Program-made: the position numbers and the translations under genes
Notes under the pieces: generated by a model
The model's input: only the letters and a program-made list of their open reading frames with translations
Told to the model about the DNA's origin: nothing
Databases searched by the model: none
Assembly (NCBI GenBank): GCA_050011875.1
Contig: JBEKIG010000010.1
Location: 24,499-88,498 of the forward strand
DNA length: 64,000 nucleotides
Origin: Nitrososphaeria archaeon
GTDB lineage: Archaea; Thermoproteota; Nitrososphaeria; JACIWG01
Direction of reading: 5' to 3'
Shown: positions 18,671 to 27,663 of the stretch, one piece after another
Layout: the number at the start of each line of letters is the position of its first letter
Numbering within the stretch: the stretch's first letter is position 1

Positions 18671-20746
18671 TTGGATAGAATACCAAATATTTCAGGCTAT
18701 ACATTAGTCATTTGCGAAAAAGCAGATGCGTCAAAGAGGATAGCATCTGCTTTAAGTGATAAATTTAAGACGTACACATCCAATGGGACACAGATTTATG
18801 TGGTTGAAAAGGACAAAAAAAAGTACATCATTTGTTCTGCATTAGGTCATCTCTATGGTCTAGGAACATCAAGAAAAAAAAGGGATGTTTTTCCTATTTT
18901 CGATTTAATGTGGTTTCCCTTAAGTCAAATCGACAAAGATAAGAAAATCGTATGGAATCGCATACAAACAATATCATCACTTTCAAACCGAGCAAGTGCT
19001 TTTGTGAATGCATGCGATTATGATACTGAAGGGAGTATAATAGGACGTAATATAATAAAATACTCATGCAATGCGGACATTTCAAAGGTGTTACGTGCAA
19101 GATTTTCAACCTTAACTAAAGAAGAACTTTCTGAAGCATTTGAGAATCTTAAAGTTGGAATAGATGATGGGTTCGCTAGAGCAGGAATCACACGACATAT
19201 TATTGATTACATGTGGGGAATCAACCTATCGAGAATTTTAATTTCAGCTTTACAACATTCAGCAAGCAGTGGAGGTTCCATAAGTACTGGAAGAGTGCAA
19301 GGACCCACACTAAAGTTCATAGTGGACCGTGAAATCGAAATAAGATCTTTTGTTACAAGACCTTATTGGACAGCGAAAGCATTAGTCGATTCAAGCAAAG
19401 AAACTTTCTATGCGGAGTACTCTATAGACAGAATAACCAAGGGTAAAGAAGGCCATCGTATAAAAAATGAAAATGAGGGACGTGAAGGGATAGTTGAACA
19501 GTTAAAAAAGACGGAAGTCAAACTCATTCCACCAACGCCATTTAACACAGGTGATCTTCAGAAAGAAGCTTTTAGACTCTTCGGCTTTTCACCTAGCTTG
19601 ACGTTAAGTATAGCAGAGAGACTCTACTTAAACGCCCTAATATCATATCCTAGAACTAACAGCCAAAAACTTCCTCCATCGATAAACTACTTAAAGATAA
19701 TGAATGGGTTAGGTCGATTAGAAGAATATAAGAAAGAAGTAAAAGCCCTACTGAGTACAAGACTTAAACCCAGAGAAGGAGACAAAGATGATTCAGCACA
19801 CCCAAGCATATACCCTACAGGAGAGATTCCAGTAGGAGGTTTTGATGCGAGACAAATAAAATTGTATGACCTGATAGTTAGAAGGTTCTTTTCAGTCTTC
19901 GGTGAGAAAGCAATAAAAGAGAGAATGCAACTTTCAATTAATGTCCAAAACAAACATCATTGGGAGGTTAACGGCCTAAGAACGATATATGCGGGTTGGA
20001 CATTTTTCTATGGAAAATACGTGAATATGGAGGAACATGATCTGCCGCTGTTGCAGGAGGGGGAAAGGGTTTTGATAAAATCTGTTGAAATTGCTGAGAA
20101 ATTTGATAAACGTCCTCCACGGTTCAACCGAGGAAGCCTATTAGAGAAGATGGAGGAAGAGAACCTTGGCACAAAAGCTACCAGAGCAGAAATAATTGAG
20201 ACCTTGTACAAAAGAGGATATATAGTGGGAGATAGCATAGCTCCAACAAATCTTGGTTTCCAGATAACATTAACGCTTTCAAAATACTCTAAGGAAATTG
20301 TTTCAGTAGATTTGACTAAAGAGATGGAGCGCAAGCTGGAACAAATAGAGGTGGGAAAGGAAACGCCAGAAAATGTATTAGAGGACACATTCTATCTTAC
20401 GTTACATTCAATAAGTGAGCTTGTTGACAACATGGAGAAGGTTGGAGAGGAGTTAAAGATAGCTCTCAAAGAAACTTTTTTTGAGAAGAACATTTTGGGA
20501 AAATGTCCCAAATGTAAAGTGGGAAATCTCATAATAATAAGAAGTAAAAGGACAGGAAAACGTTTTGTGGGATGTACTAATTATAAAAATGGTTGCCGAG
20601 CATCGTCACCTCTACCTCAAAGAGGAATAATACAAAACATAGGAAAGGCCTGTGTGATGTGTGGATGGCCAATTATAATTGTACGAGGAGGAAGGATTCC
20701 CTGGAAGTTGTGCATAAACGTGGATTGCCCATCAAAGAAGGGATAA
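18671..20746 (+). CDS. topA: Type IA DNA topoisomerase
   Basis: ICEK, GHL, DYDTEG, STGRVQ, ISYPRT catalytic Tyr, C-terminal Zn ribbons. Confidence 0.96.
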   Translation: MDRIPNISGYTLVICEKADASKRIASALSDKFKTYTSNGTQIYVVEKDKKKYIICSALGHLYGLGTSRKKRDVFPIFDLMWFPLSQIDKDKKIVWNRIQTISSLSNRASAFVNACDYDTEGSIIGRNIIKYSCNADISKVLRARFSTLTKEELSEAFENLKVGIDDGFARAGITRHIIDYMWGINLSRILISALQHSASSGGSISTGRVQGPTLKFIVDREIEIRSFVTRPYWTAKALVDSSKETFYAEYSIDRITKGKEGHRIKNENEGREGIVEQLKKTEVKLIPPTPFNTGDLQKEAFRLFGFSPSLTLSIAERLYLNALISYPRTNSQKLPPSINYLKIMNGLGRLEEYKKEVKALLSTRLKPREGDKDDSAHPSIYPTGEIPVGGFDARQIKLYDLIVRRFFSVFGEKAIKERMQLSINVQNKHHWEVNGLRTIYAGWTFFYGKYVNMEEHDLPLLQEGERVLIKSVEIAEKFDKRPPRFNRGSLLEKMEEENLGTKATRAEIIETLYKRGYIVGDSIAPTNLGFQITLTLSKYSKEIVSVDLTKEMERKLEQIEVGKETPENVLEDTFYLTLHSISELVDNMEKVGEELKIALKETFFEKNILGKCPKCKVGNLIIIRSKRTGKRFVGCTNYKNGCRASSPLPQRGIIQNIGKACVMCGWPIIIVRGGRIPWKLCINVDCPSKKG

Positions 20747-20749
20747 AAG

Positions 20750-20998
20750 ATGAGCATTGAAAATAATACTTGCGCAATCTGCAGTAAAGAGAAAGTGTTG
20801 AATGGACAATTTTGTGAGCACCATAACATCGCATACCATAAAATTGAAGGAAACTATGGGTATTGGAAGGAAGCTTATGAAGAGCTTTCATGGGAGGCGT
20901 ACTTAAAGTTAACCATAGACAACCCTGAAAACGGAGTGTGGGTAAAAGAAGTAGCTAAATACTTAATAACTAAAAAATCGGAGGATCTGAATGTATGA
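20750..20998 (+). CDS. Small hypothetical protein with Cys/His cluster
   Basis: CAIC...FCEHH...WKEAY...GVWVKEV; cotranscribed spacing after topA. Confidence 0.7.
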   Translation: MSIENNTCAICSKEKVLNGQFCEHHNIAYHKIEGNYGYWKEAYEELSWEAYLKLTIDNPENGVWVKEVAKYLITKKSEDLNV

Positions 20999-21402
20999 GT
21001 TTAAGGAAATGGATAGACTCGATATCCAACAGGGTTGGAAGGATTGAAACAAATTTAGGCAGATCATTTAGGTTTGATCTAATCAAACAGAACTTTCTGT
21101 TCATAATAATCATCCTATATTTTGCGGTCTATTTAGGAGGAATAATAAATGCAATTGAATCTGCTCCATCGTTACCCGCTGGAACAATTTTTGTACCGGA
21201 CAGATCATATGAAACAGGAATGGAGTTCATCATCGCTTTGATGAACTTTGTTATAGGTTTTGGAGGCGTATATTTAATATACAGAGGAGCGAACAGTATA
21301 AACCAACGGGATTCCCGTAATAACTTTGTAGCTGGAACGATTTTACTGATCTTGGCAACTATAATTATGATTCTGTTCCTATATTCAAAAGGGATGCTTT
21401 AG
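20995..21402 (+). CDS. Three-TM membrane protein resembling OST3/OST6-family subunit OSTC/DC2
   Basis: TM1 ending GGII..I..APS, loop, ME..TM2 G.GG..LI.R, TM3 ending in K; resemblance judged from memory of the family. Confidence 0.55.
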   Translation: MSLRKWIDSISNRVGRIETNLGRSFRFDLIKQNFLFIIIILYFAVYLGGIINAIESAPSLPAGTIFVPDRSYETGMEFIIALMNFVIGFGGVYLIYRGANSINQRDSRNNFVAGTILLILATIIMILFLYSKGML

Positions 21403-21895
21403 CATTTCTATTTATAATAAACTTGTCATAGAACCTTTTCTCAAAAATTGGAAAAGAAGGAATTCCCTTTTCTGAGTCAAAATATACAAAAACAACTATA
21501 TGTAAAAAATGCTTGGTTTTAGCTAGAAGATACATGAAAAAACGGTCTGCTTTTTCCTCTTCCTCAAAAAAGGCATTTATGATAAAGGGATAGGAATCTA
21601 TCACGATTACTGAACCTCTAGGACAACATAAAAGTGTAGAAAAGAACTGTTGTAACGACATATCAAAGGGAGAAATCACTATTAGATTCTCTGGCTTTTC
21701 CCAAAGCTGTATAAAATTTGAGAAAGTGTCAACGTAGATGACCTGCTTTCTCAGCATAAAAGAAGTATCAATTATATCATTTAGGAAGTATGTCTTTTGA
21801 GCATTAGTTTTGTATCCAAAAAGGACGCTAAAAGGGGGTCCTTTTAAAAAAGTATTAATAGCAAGCGTTTGAGGATTTTTTATCATATAGGACAA
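21365..21895 (-). CDS. Degenerate RecA/RadB-like P-loop protein
   Basis: LFGYKTNAQKT (eroded Walker A), VIYVDT, VIVIDS (Walker B-like). Confidence 0.5.
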   Translation of the reverse strand: MSYMIKNPQTLAINTFLKGPPFSVLFGYKTNAQKTYFLNDIIDTSFMLRKQVIYVDTFSNFIQLWEKPENLIVISPFDMSLQQFFSTLLCCPRGSVIVIDSYPFIINAFFEEEEKADRFFMYLLAKTKHFLHIVVFVYFDSEKGIPSFPIFEKRFYDKFIINRNAKASLLNIGTES

Positions 21896-21905
21896 ACGGA
21901 ATCAA

Positions 21906-22529
21906 ATGACTAAAATAAATAAAGTTTTAGCGCCGTACATCAATATACATTTTGATACCACGAATGCTAGGATCATATATTACATTCTAGGAATTCTTAA
22001 AAAGAAAAATATCCGTTATATTGTTGTAGATAAAGATAATTTAAATGATGCAGATATAATTGTATCTGATAGCAGAAGGGCCGATGGAACGGTTCTAGAG
22101 ACAAAAGAAATAACTTATGATCCAATAGTCGATTTTAAGAAGATCGCTTTGAAACTATTTGGAGGAAGAAAGGAGGAGTTATGCATAGGAGTTGATCCCG
22201 GAAAAAGAACCGGCGTAGCCGTTTTTTATGGAAAAAAATTGATCTTGAATGAAGTGGTTTCTCCTTGGGAAGATGCAATACTTTATGTTGTTGAAATACT
22301 TAAGGAGATAGGGTTCGACAAAAAAGTAGTCAAGATAGGTCAGGGAAATCCGCATGTTGCTGAGGAGCTCAGAAAAGTCCTTCAATACAGGTTTAACCAT
22401 TTGGAAGTGTACTTCATAGACGAAAAGAGAACCACAAAGACTGCGAAAGCTAAAGCTAACCAAGGGAAAGAAAGGGACAAAATTTCAGCTGTTGCAATTG
22501 TTCATAAAAATGGGAAAAGAGTTGTATAG
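21906..22529 (+). CDS. RNase H-fold (YqgF/RuvC-like) domain protein
   Basis: IGVDPGKRTGVAV, VKIGQG, IDEKRTT, RDKISAVAI. Confidence 0.75.
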   Translation: MTKINKVLAPYINIHFDTTNARIIYYILGILKKKNIRYIVVDKDNLNDADIIVSDSRRADGTVLETKEITYDPIVDFKKIALKLFGGRKEELCIGVDPGKRTGVAVFYGKKLILNEVVSPWEDAILYVVEILKEIGFDKKVVKIGQGNPHVAEELRKVLQYRFNHLEVYFIDEKRTTKTAKAKANQGKERDKISAVAIVHKNGKRVV

Positions 22530-22791
22530 AATCCTTTGTTGTCCTATCTTCTTTGCTAAATCAATTAAACCTAGCCGAATTTCTTCACTTATGTTATTTT
22601 CGATGCCTTTTTCTGTTATCTCGAACGAATGAAGCTTAGATATGATATCAGATAGATTATAAGCTTCATCTAATATTATCATTGTTCTTGAAGGATTTCT
22701 TATTAATGATTCAGTAGATGCAGAAAAAACATCTCATAAATCGTAATTCGACTTGCCCTTCACGATAATGATCGTGTGGAAAATATGACAT
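22485..22791 (-). pseudogene. Internally deleted, frameshifted XPD/Rad3-DinG helicase remnant
   Basis: ATG 22791 gives MSYFPHDHYREGQVEL (Q-motif); in another frame NYDL*D...IILDEAYNLSD (motif II DEAHNL-like); rest of the gene is missing. Confidence 0.65.
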
Positions 22792-22863
22792 TAAAAGACT
22801 AATTTAGAATGATATTTATTCACCAGCAAAGTTTTGTAAGATATAAAGCTGATTTATATTTTA

Positions 22864-24177
22864 ATGGGGATGCCCTATAGCGGGAAACAAATGGCGAGCA
22901 CCTATAGAGAATATTTAGCAGAACTTGACAAGCTAGGCAAAATTAGACGGATAGAAGAAGAAGTAGATACAAATTTTGGTGTTTCAAAAATCATTAGCCA
23001 GAGCCAAGAAGTTCCAATTCTCTTTAAGAAGATCAAAGGGTTAGAGAACTCTCAAGTTATAGGAAATATTTGTCCTACTCGACAAGATTTAAGTTTTTCA
23101 TTGAATACTGAAGAAAAAGATTTATCAGAAACTGTGATCAAAGCCTTTTTAAATCTGAAGAAGCCTGAGAATATTTCAATAGATAATTCTTGGATTACTG
23201 AAAAAGCGGATTTAGAAAGATTACCGGTGCCCAAATACTATGAGAAAGATGGAGGAAAATATTTTACATCTTCAATAATTGTTAGTAAATTTCCAAACAG
23301 CAACAGAGAAAATCTATCTATACATAGAATCATGGTTCTAGATAAAAGAAAAGGGGTCATCCGAATTCTTCCCAGACATCTTAACAAAATATTAGAAGAA
23401 AGGGGTGGTAAAGCAGATGTAGCCATGTTAATAGGGGTTCATCCAGCCATATTCCTGGCAGCCGCACTTTCTGTCAATTATGGAATATCTGAATATGACA
23501 TAGCAAATGCACTCCTATGCGGAAAAATGGAATTGGTTGAAATGGAAAATGGAATCATGGTACCTAAAGGAGCGGAAATTGTTCTTTTAGGAACAATTAA
23601 CACCGACCATAGAAGGAAGGAAGGACCTTTCACTGATGTAACAGGAACCTACGACGCAATAAGGGAAGAGCCAGTTATATCCTTTGAGAAGATGTTCACA
23701 CCTTCGAACGGCGTTATTTTCCAAGCACTGTTACCTGCAGGAAGTGAGCATAAATTGTTCATGGGAATACCTCAAGAAATCAAGATAATATTAAATCTAC
23801 GGAGCATTGGTATAGAAGTTAATCAAATCAATTTGACAGACAGTGGATGTGCCTATTTCCATTGTATAATAAGCATAAAGAAAAAAGGTGACAACGACGG
23901 TTTGAGGGTTATAAAAGAAGTCTTTAACACGTCGCATCCAATTAAACTAATTGCAGTTGTTGACGACGACATAAACCCGTTCGATTACAGAATGGTTGAA
24001 TGGGCTCTGGCAACACGCTTTCAAGCAAATCGAGGTTTAGAAGTCATCCATAATCAACATGGATCGAGTTTAGACCCCTCCTCCTTTAAGACATCCATAA
24101 CCTCTAAGGTAGGCATAGACGCTACACTTCCGCTTCATGTTGACAAAAACAGTTTTAAAAAAGCGAAAATCCCGTGA
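22864..24177 (+). CDS. UbiD-family prFMN decarboxylase, likely anhydromevalonate phosphate decarboxylase
   Basis: DGGKY, NLSIHR, EGPFTDVTGTY, VDDDINP..VEWALATR, SSLDPS, KVGIDAT; operon with both AcnX subunits. Confidence 0.85.
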   Translation: MGMPYSGKQMASTYREYLAELDKLGKIRRIEEEVDTNFGVSKIISQSQEVPILFKKIKGLENSQVIGNICPTRQDLSFSLNTEEKDLSETVIKAFLNLKKPENISIDNSWITEKADLERLPVPKYYEKDGGKYFTSSIIVSKFPNSNRENLSIHRIMVLDKRKGVIRILPRHLNKILEERGGKADVAMLIGVHPAIFLAAALSVNYGISEYDIANALLCGKMELVEMENGIMVPKGAEIVLLGTINTDHRRKEGPFTDVTGTYDAIREEPVISFEKMFTPSNGVIFQALLPAGSEHKLFMGIPQEIKIILNLRSIGIEVNQINLTDSGCAYFHCIISIKKKGDNDGLRVIKEVFNTSHPIKLIAVVDDDINPFDYRMVEWALATRFQANRGLEVIHNQHGSSLDPSSFKTSITSKVGIDATLPLHVDKNSFKKAKIP

Positions 24178-24183
24178 AATAAT

Positions 24184-25287
24184 GTGTCATACACTAAGGA
24201 TACCTCTGAAAGGATCTTAACGTCACTTGCAAAATATTACGGAGAAGCTAGTAGGATCAAGATTTTCAGTGCACACCTCTCTGGAGTTTCTTATGAAAAC
24301 ATCGGAGATGAAGGATTATACTTTTTAAGGCAAATATCAAATAATGGCAAATTTTCAGTCTTTACAACAGCCAATCCCATGGGAGCCGATATTTATGACA
24401 ACACCTTTGGCATTCATGATAAGTTCATCGAAAAACAGAAAGAAATTGCGCAAACACTCATTAAATTAGGTGCAGTAGAATCGTTTACGTGCACTCCCTT
24501 TGACTATTTTCCAACTCCAAAACCGTTTTCTCATGTATCCTGGGCAGAGTCTTCAGCAGTAGTCTACGGAAATACTTTTCTTAATCTTCTTACAAACAAA
24601 GAGAGTTCATTAAGTGCGTTGGCAAGCGCAATACTAGGAGAAACCATCAATTCTGGATTACACCACCAGAAAAACCGTATACCACAAATTGGGTTCAAAA
24701 TTGAACGTATTAAAAACGAAGTTGAGGCAGGCTTATATGCTTACCATATAGCCAAGTTGATTGATGTACCTTTTTCAATTAATTCTTATAAACCCATGAC
24801 ATCCTTAATGAAAAAAGCCTTTTCCGGAGCCCTAGGAGCAGTAAGTAATGTTTCAGTTTTTAGATTAAACCAAGTAACGCTTCATAATCAAGAAATTAAG
24901 CCTAGTGATTTAAAAGGAGAGAAGATGGAATTGTCCACAGACGAGCCAGGAGAAATGATTATCCTTGGTTGCCCCCATTGGAACCATTATGAAATTGGGG
25001 AGTTCTTGTCAAAGCTTGGAAACAAACGTCTAAAAAAAGACTGTTTAATCGCCTGCTATAAAGGTGCATGTCAGAGATTTATAGAAAAAAATAGTACCTA
25101 CAAATTTACAAAAAAACACATATTATTCTTTAAAGGAGCTTGCCCGGTCTTCTCACCGCTACTTAAGGAGTTGGGAGTTAAAAAGATAGTAACTGATTCT
25201 GTTAAGGCAGCACACTACTATAAACTAAGGGGGATCCAAGTAAACCTGAAAACCATAAATCAAATAATTAATCAGGAGGCGCAATAA
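24184..25287 (+). CDS. Aconitase X catalytic subunit, likely phosphomevalonate dehydratase large subunit
   Basis: AHLSGVSY, TCTP, WAESSAVVYGN, GCPH, ACPVFSP, TDSVKAAHY. Confidence 0.88.
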   Translation: MSYTKDTSERILTSLAKYYGEASRIKIFSAHLSGVSYENIGDEGLYFLRQISNNGKFSVFTTANPMGADIYDNTFGIHDKFIEKQKEIAQTLIKLGAVESFTCTPFDYFPTPKPFSHVSWAESSAVVYGNTFLNLLTNKESSLSALASAILGETINSGLHHQKNRIPQIGFKIERIKNEVEAGLYAYHIAKLIDVPFSINSYKPMTSLMKKAFSGALGAVSNVSVFRLNQVTLHNQEIKPSDLKGEKMELSTDEPGEMIILGCPHWNHYEIGEFLSKLGNKRLKKDCLIACYKGACQRFIEKNSTYKFTKKHILFFKGACPVFSPLLKELGVKKIVTDSVKAAHYYKLRGIQVNLKTINQIINQEAQ

Positions 25288-25289
25288 TC

Positions 25290-25739
25290 ATGATAGTAGC
25301 TTCGATTAAAGGAAGAGGATTAGTTGAAGGGATCGTGCGTGGAGAAATCATTGCCACTAGACAAGCTTTATCATTTTTAGGTGGAGTAGATAGGCTAACA
25401 GGAAAGATAGTTGATCAAAAGAATGATCTCTATCAAGAAAAAGTCGGAGGTAAAGTTCTCTATATTCCCAAATCAGTTGGAAGTACCGTTGGCGCTTATG
25501 TAATCTATGCAATGAGCAAAAGGAAGCTTGGACCCAAGGCTATCATATGCAAGGATGCAGATTCCATGCTTGTTACAGGCTGTGCAATTTCTGGAATACC
25601 ACTAATTGATGGAATAAGTTTTAGTAAACTCTTTAATTCAAAGTTATACGCTATTGTAAATGGAAATAAAGGTACATTAGATTTACTTGACGAAATGAAT
25701 AATTCTGATCAAACAGAAAGTTTGGAAATAAAGTCTTGA
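25290..25739 (+). CDS. Aconitase X swivel subunit (DUF126), likely phosphomevalonate dehydratase small subunit
   Basis: LSFLGGVD..TG, GSTVGAYVIY, IPLID. Confidence 0.9.
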   Translation: MIVASIKGRGLVEGIVRGEIIATRQALSFLGGVDRLTGKIVDQKNDLYQEKVGGKVLYIPKSVGSTVGAYVIYAMSKRKLGPKAIICKDADSMLVTGCAISGIPLIDGISFSKLFNSKLYAIVNGNKGTLDLLDEMNNSDQTESLEIKS

Positions 25740-26998
25740 TCAATTCTAAAGAGTTCGTCGGTTACTTTTTCCACAATTCCTCTATTTTCTACAGTCGTGT
25801 ACACCCTGAGCATGTCAACATAACCTCTGATTGCGTTCAGGACTACGTTTTCTTGAAATGGCATCATCCATACACTTTTACCTTTGGAAGATTTACTGAA
25901 AACACAAAGTTCGTCTAGCGCTTCACGTTTTGATGATACAGGGATGGAAGGAGCTGTTGTAACATCGATGTACAGTGCTTTTTCTGAGATTTTGGCCCGA
26001 TTACTTATGGTTTTGATAAGAGTTTCACGAAAATCTTTTTGAGTTAATATCTGATATATTAGGGGGTCTTTTCTATGAATTACCTTTTCATAAACACATT
26101 TGACTAACTTCCGATCTTGAACATCTTTGATTAATTCTTGAGATTCCTTAAGTCTTAAATCATCAGAGCCTAATATCTTGTATAAAATGGATTCATCATC
26201 CAGATTTGTTAGACCTTTAATATCTTCAAAGTTAGAGAAGTCAAGAATATCATCAGCTAGTGAAAGGGCACGAATCATCATTATTTCAGCTGCTCGAACT
26301 GTCTTATGAAAATAAACCGCTTTGAACATTTCATACCGTGAAATCATCATTGCTTCCAAAGAATAAACAGCACTGTGATCGAGCGCAAGATGACCATCTT
26401 TTTCACAAATATCAAAAGAATTTAATAACCTACTTACATCTATCTTTCCATACTCAACGCCAGTGAAGTAAGCGTCTCTTAGAACGTAATCCATAATGTC
26501 AACGCTTAATCCACCGCTGACTATCTCATTCATAAATATAGGATCCTTCTTTGAACGACCAACGGCGAGGTCAGCTATATTTTTCGGAGAAAAACCGTAC
26601 TTTTGAAGAATATCTTTTATTCCTGTTTCCTTGATCATCCTTTTTGTCAGATCTTCATGCGTTAGATTCCTTTTTGAAAATATAACTTCTTCAAACAAAT
26701 GTGAAAAAGGACCATGTCCAACGTCATGCAAAAGAGCAGCTACCCTAAGCTTTTGCAGATTATCTGCGGTTATAATCTTTTTAGCAAGAAAAAGGTCACC
26801 AATATACCCAGCGAGGTATAGGGCACCAAGAGAATGGCTGAACCTAGTATGCACTGCACAAGGGTATGCTAAATGGGCGCCTGAAAGTTGTTTTATCCGT
26901 CGTAACCTTTGAAATTCCTTTGTATCAATTAAATCGTACTCCAACTCTGTTAGTTTTATGTATCCATGCACGGGATCTTTAATCTCTAAAACTTCCAT
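25709..26998 (-). CDS. HD-domain phosphohydrolase (dNTP triphosphohydrolase-like)
   Basis: DPVHG, FQRLRRIKQL, HTRFSHSLG, LLHDVGHGPFSH, VYFHKTVR. Confidence 0.92.
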   Translation of the reverse strand: MEVLEIKDPVHGYIKLTELEYDLIDTKEFQRLRRIKQLSGAHLAYPCAVHTRFSHSLGALYLAGYIGDLFLAKKIITADNLQKLRVAALLHDVGHGPFSHLFEEVIFSKRNLTHEDLTKRMIKETGIKDILQKYGFSPKNIADLAVGRSKKDPIFMNEIVSGGLSVDIMDYVLRDAYFTGVEYGKIDVSRLLNSFDICEKDGHLALDHSAVYSLEAMMISRYEMFKAVYFHKTVRAAEIMMIRALSLADDILDFSNFEDIKGLTNLDDESILYKILGSDDLRLKESQELIKDVQDRKLVKCVYEKVIHRKDPLIYQILTQKDFRETLIKTISNRAKISEKALYIDVTTAPSIPVSSKREALDELCVFSKSSKGKSVWMMPFQENVVLNAIRGYVDMLRVYTTVENRGIVEKVTDELFRIDQDFISKLSV

Positions 26999-27011
26999 TA
27001 TGAACCGATCA

Positions 27012-27608
27012 TTAGATGTGACGTTTTAACCTTTCGGAAACAGCTTTCCAAATTAAATTATGAACAGACTCTATCGACAGATTTCCGTCTACAATGACCC
27101 ACTTATTTTCACTTGCTAATTTAATAAAACACCTTCTTACACGTTCCAAATATTCAAGATCTTTCTCATGAATGTCACGATCATGCTCCTTCCTTCTGAA
27201 GGAAACATTAGGTTGAAGATCCAAAACTATCGTTAAATTTGTACGAGGCAAATGCGAATCTAAACTTTTTAACCATTGGATAGGAAGATTGTTGGCTAAT
27301 CCATAAGCCCAATTTGATTGATAATACCTATCGAACACAATTGTATATCTTTGTTCACTTAATTCTTCGATCTTAGGTTTTAACTCCCACCTGTTAGCTG
27401 ACAATAACATATGTTTCACTTCTAAAGGTACTTGAATTTCGTTTGATAATATTTTCTTAATTAGTTTGCCAACAGGTGTCTTGTAATCTGGAAAGGACAT
27501 TTTAGTTGCACTAACACCATTTTCCTTTAGCTTTTCAACTAGTAATTCTGTCTGAGTCTTTTTCCCAGATTGGTCTATTCCTTCTATTGCAATTAGCGAC
27601 GGCATCAT
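27012..27608 (-). CDS. tmk: Thymidylate kinase
   Basis: IEGIDQSGKKTQ, FPDY, SANRWE, FDRYYQS. Confidence 0.95.
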   Translation of the reverse strand: MMPSLIAIEGIDQSGKKTQTELLVEKLKENGVSATKMSFPDYKTPVGKLIKKILSNEIQVPLEVKHMLLSANRWELKPKIEELSEQRYTIVFDRYYQSNWAYGLANNLPIQWLKSLDSHLPRTNLTIVLDLQPNVSFRRKEHDRDIHEKDLEYLERVRRCFIKLASENKWVIVDGNLSIESVHNLIWKAVSERLKRHI

Positions 27609-27663
27609 ACATTAATACATCAAAGATAGACTTAAAAAATGATGCCATTATGGGTATAAACAT

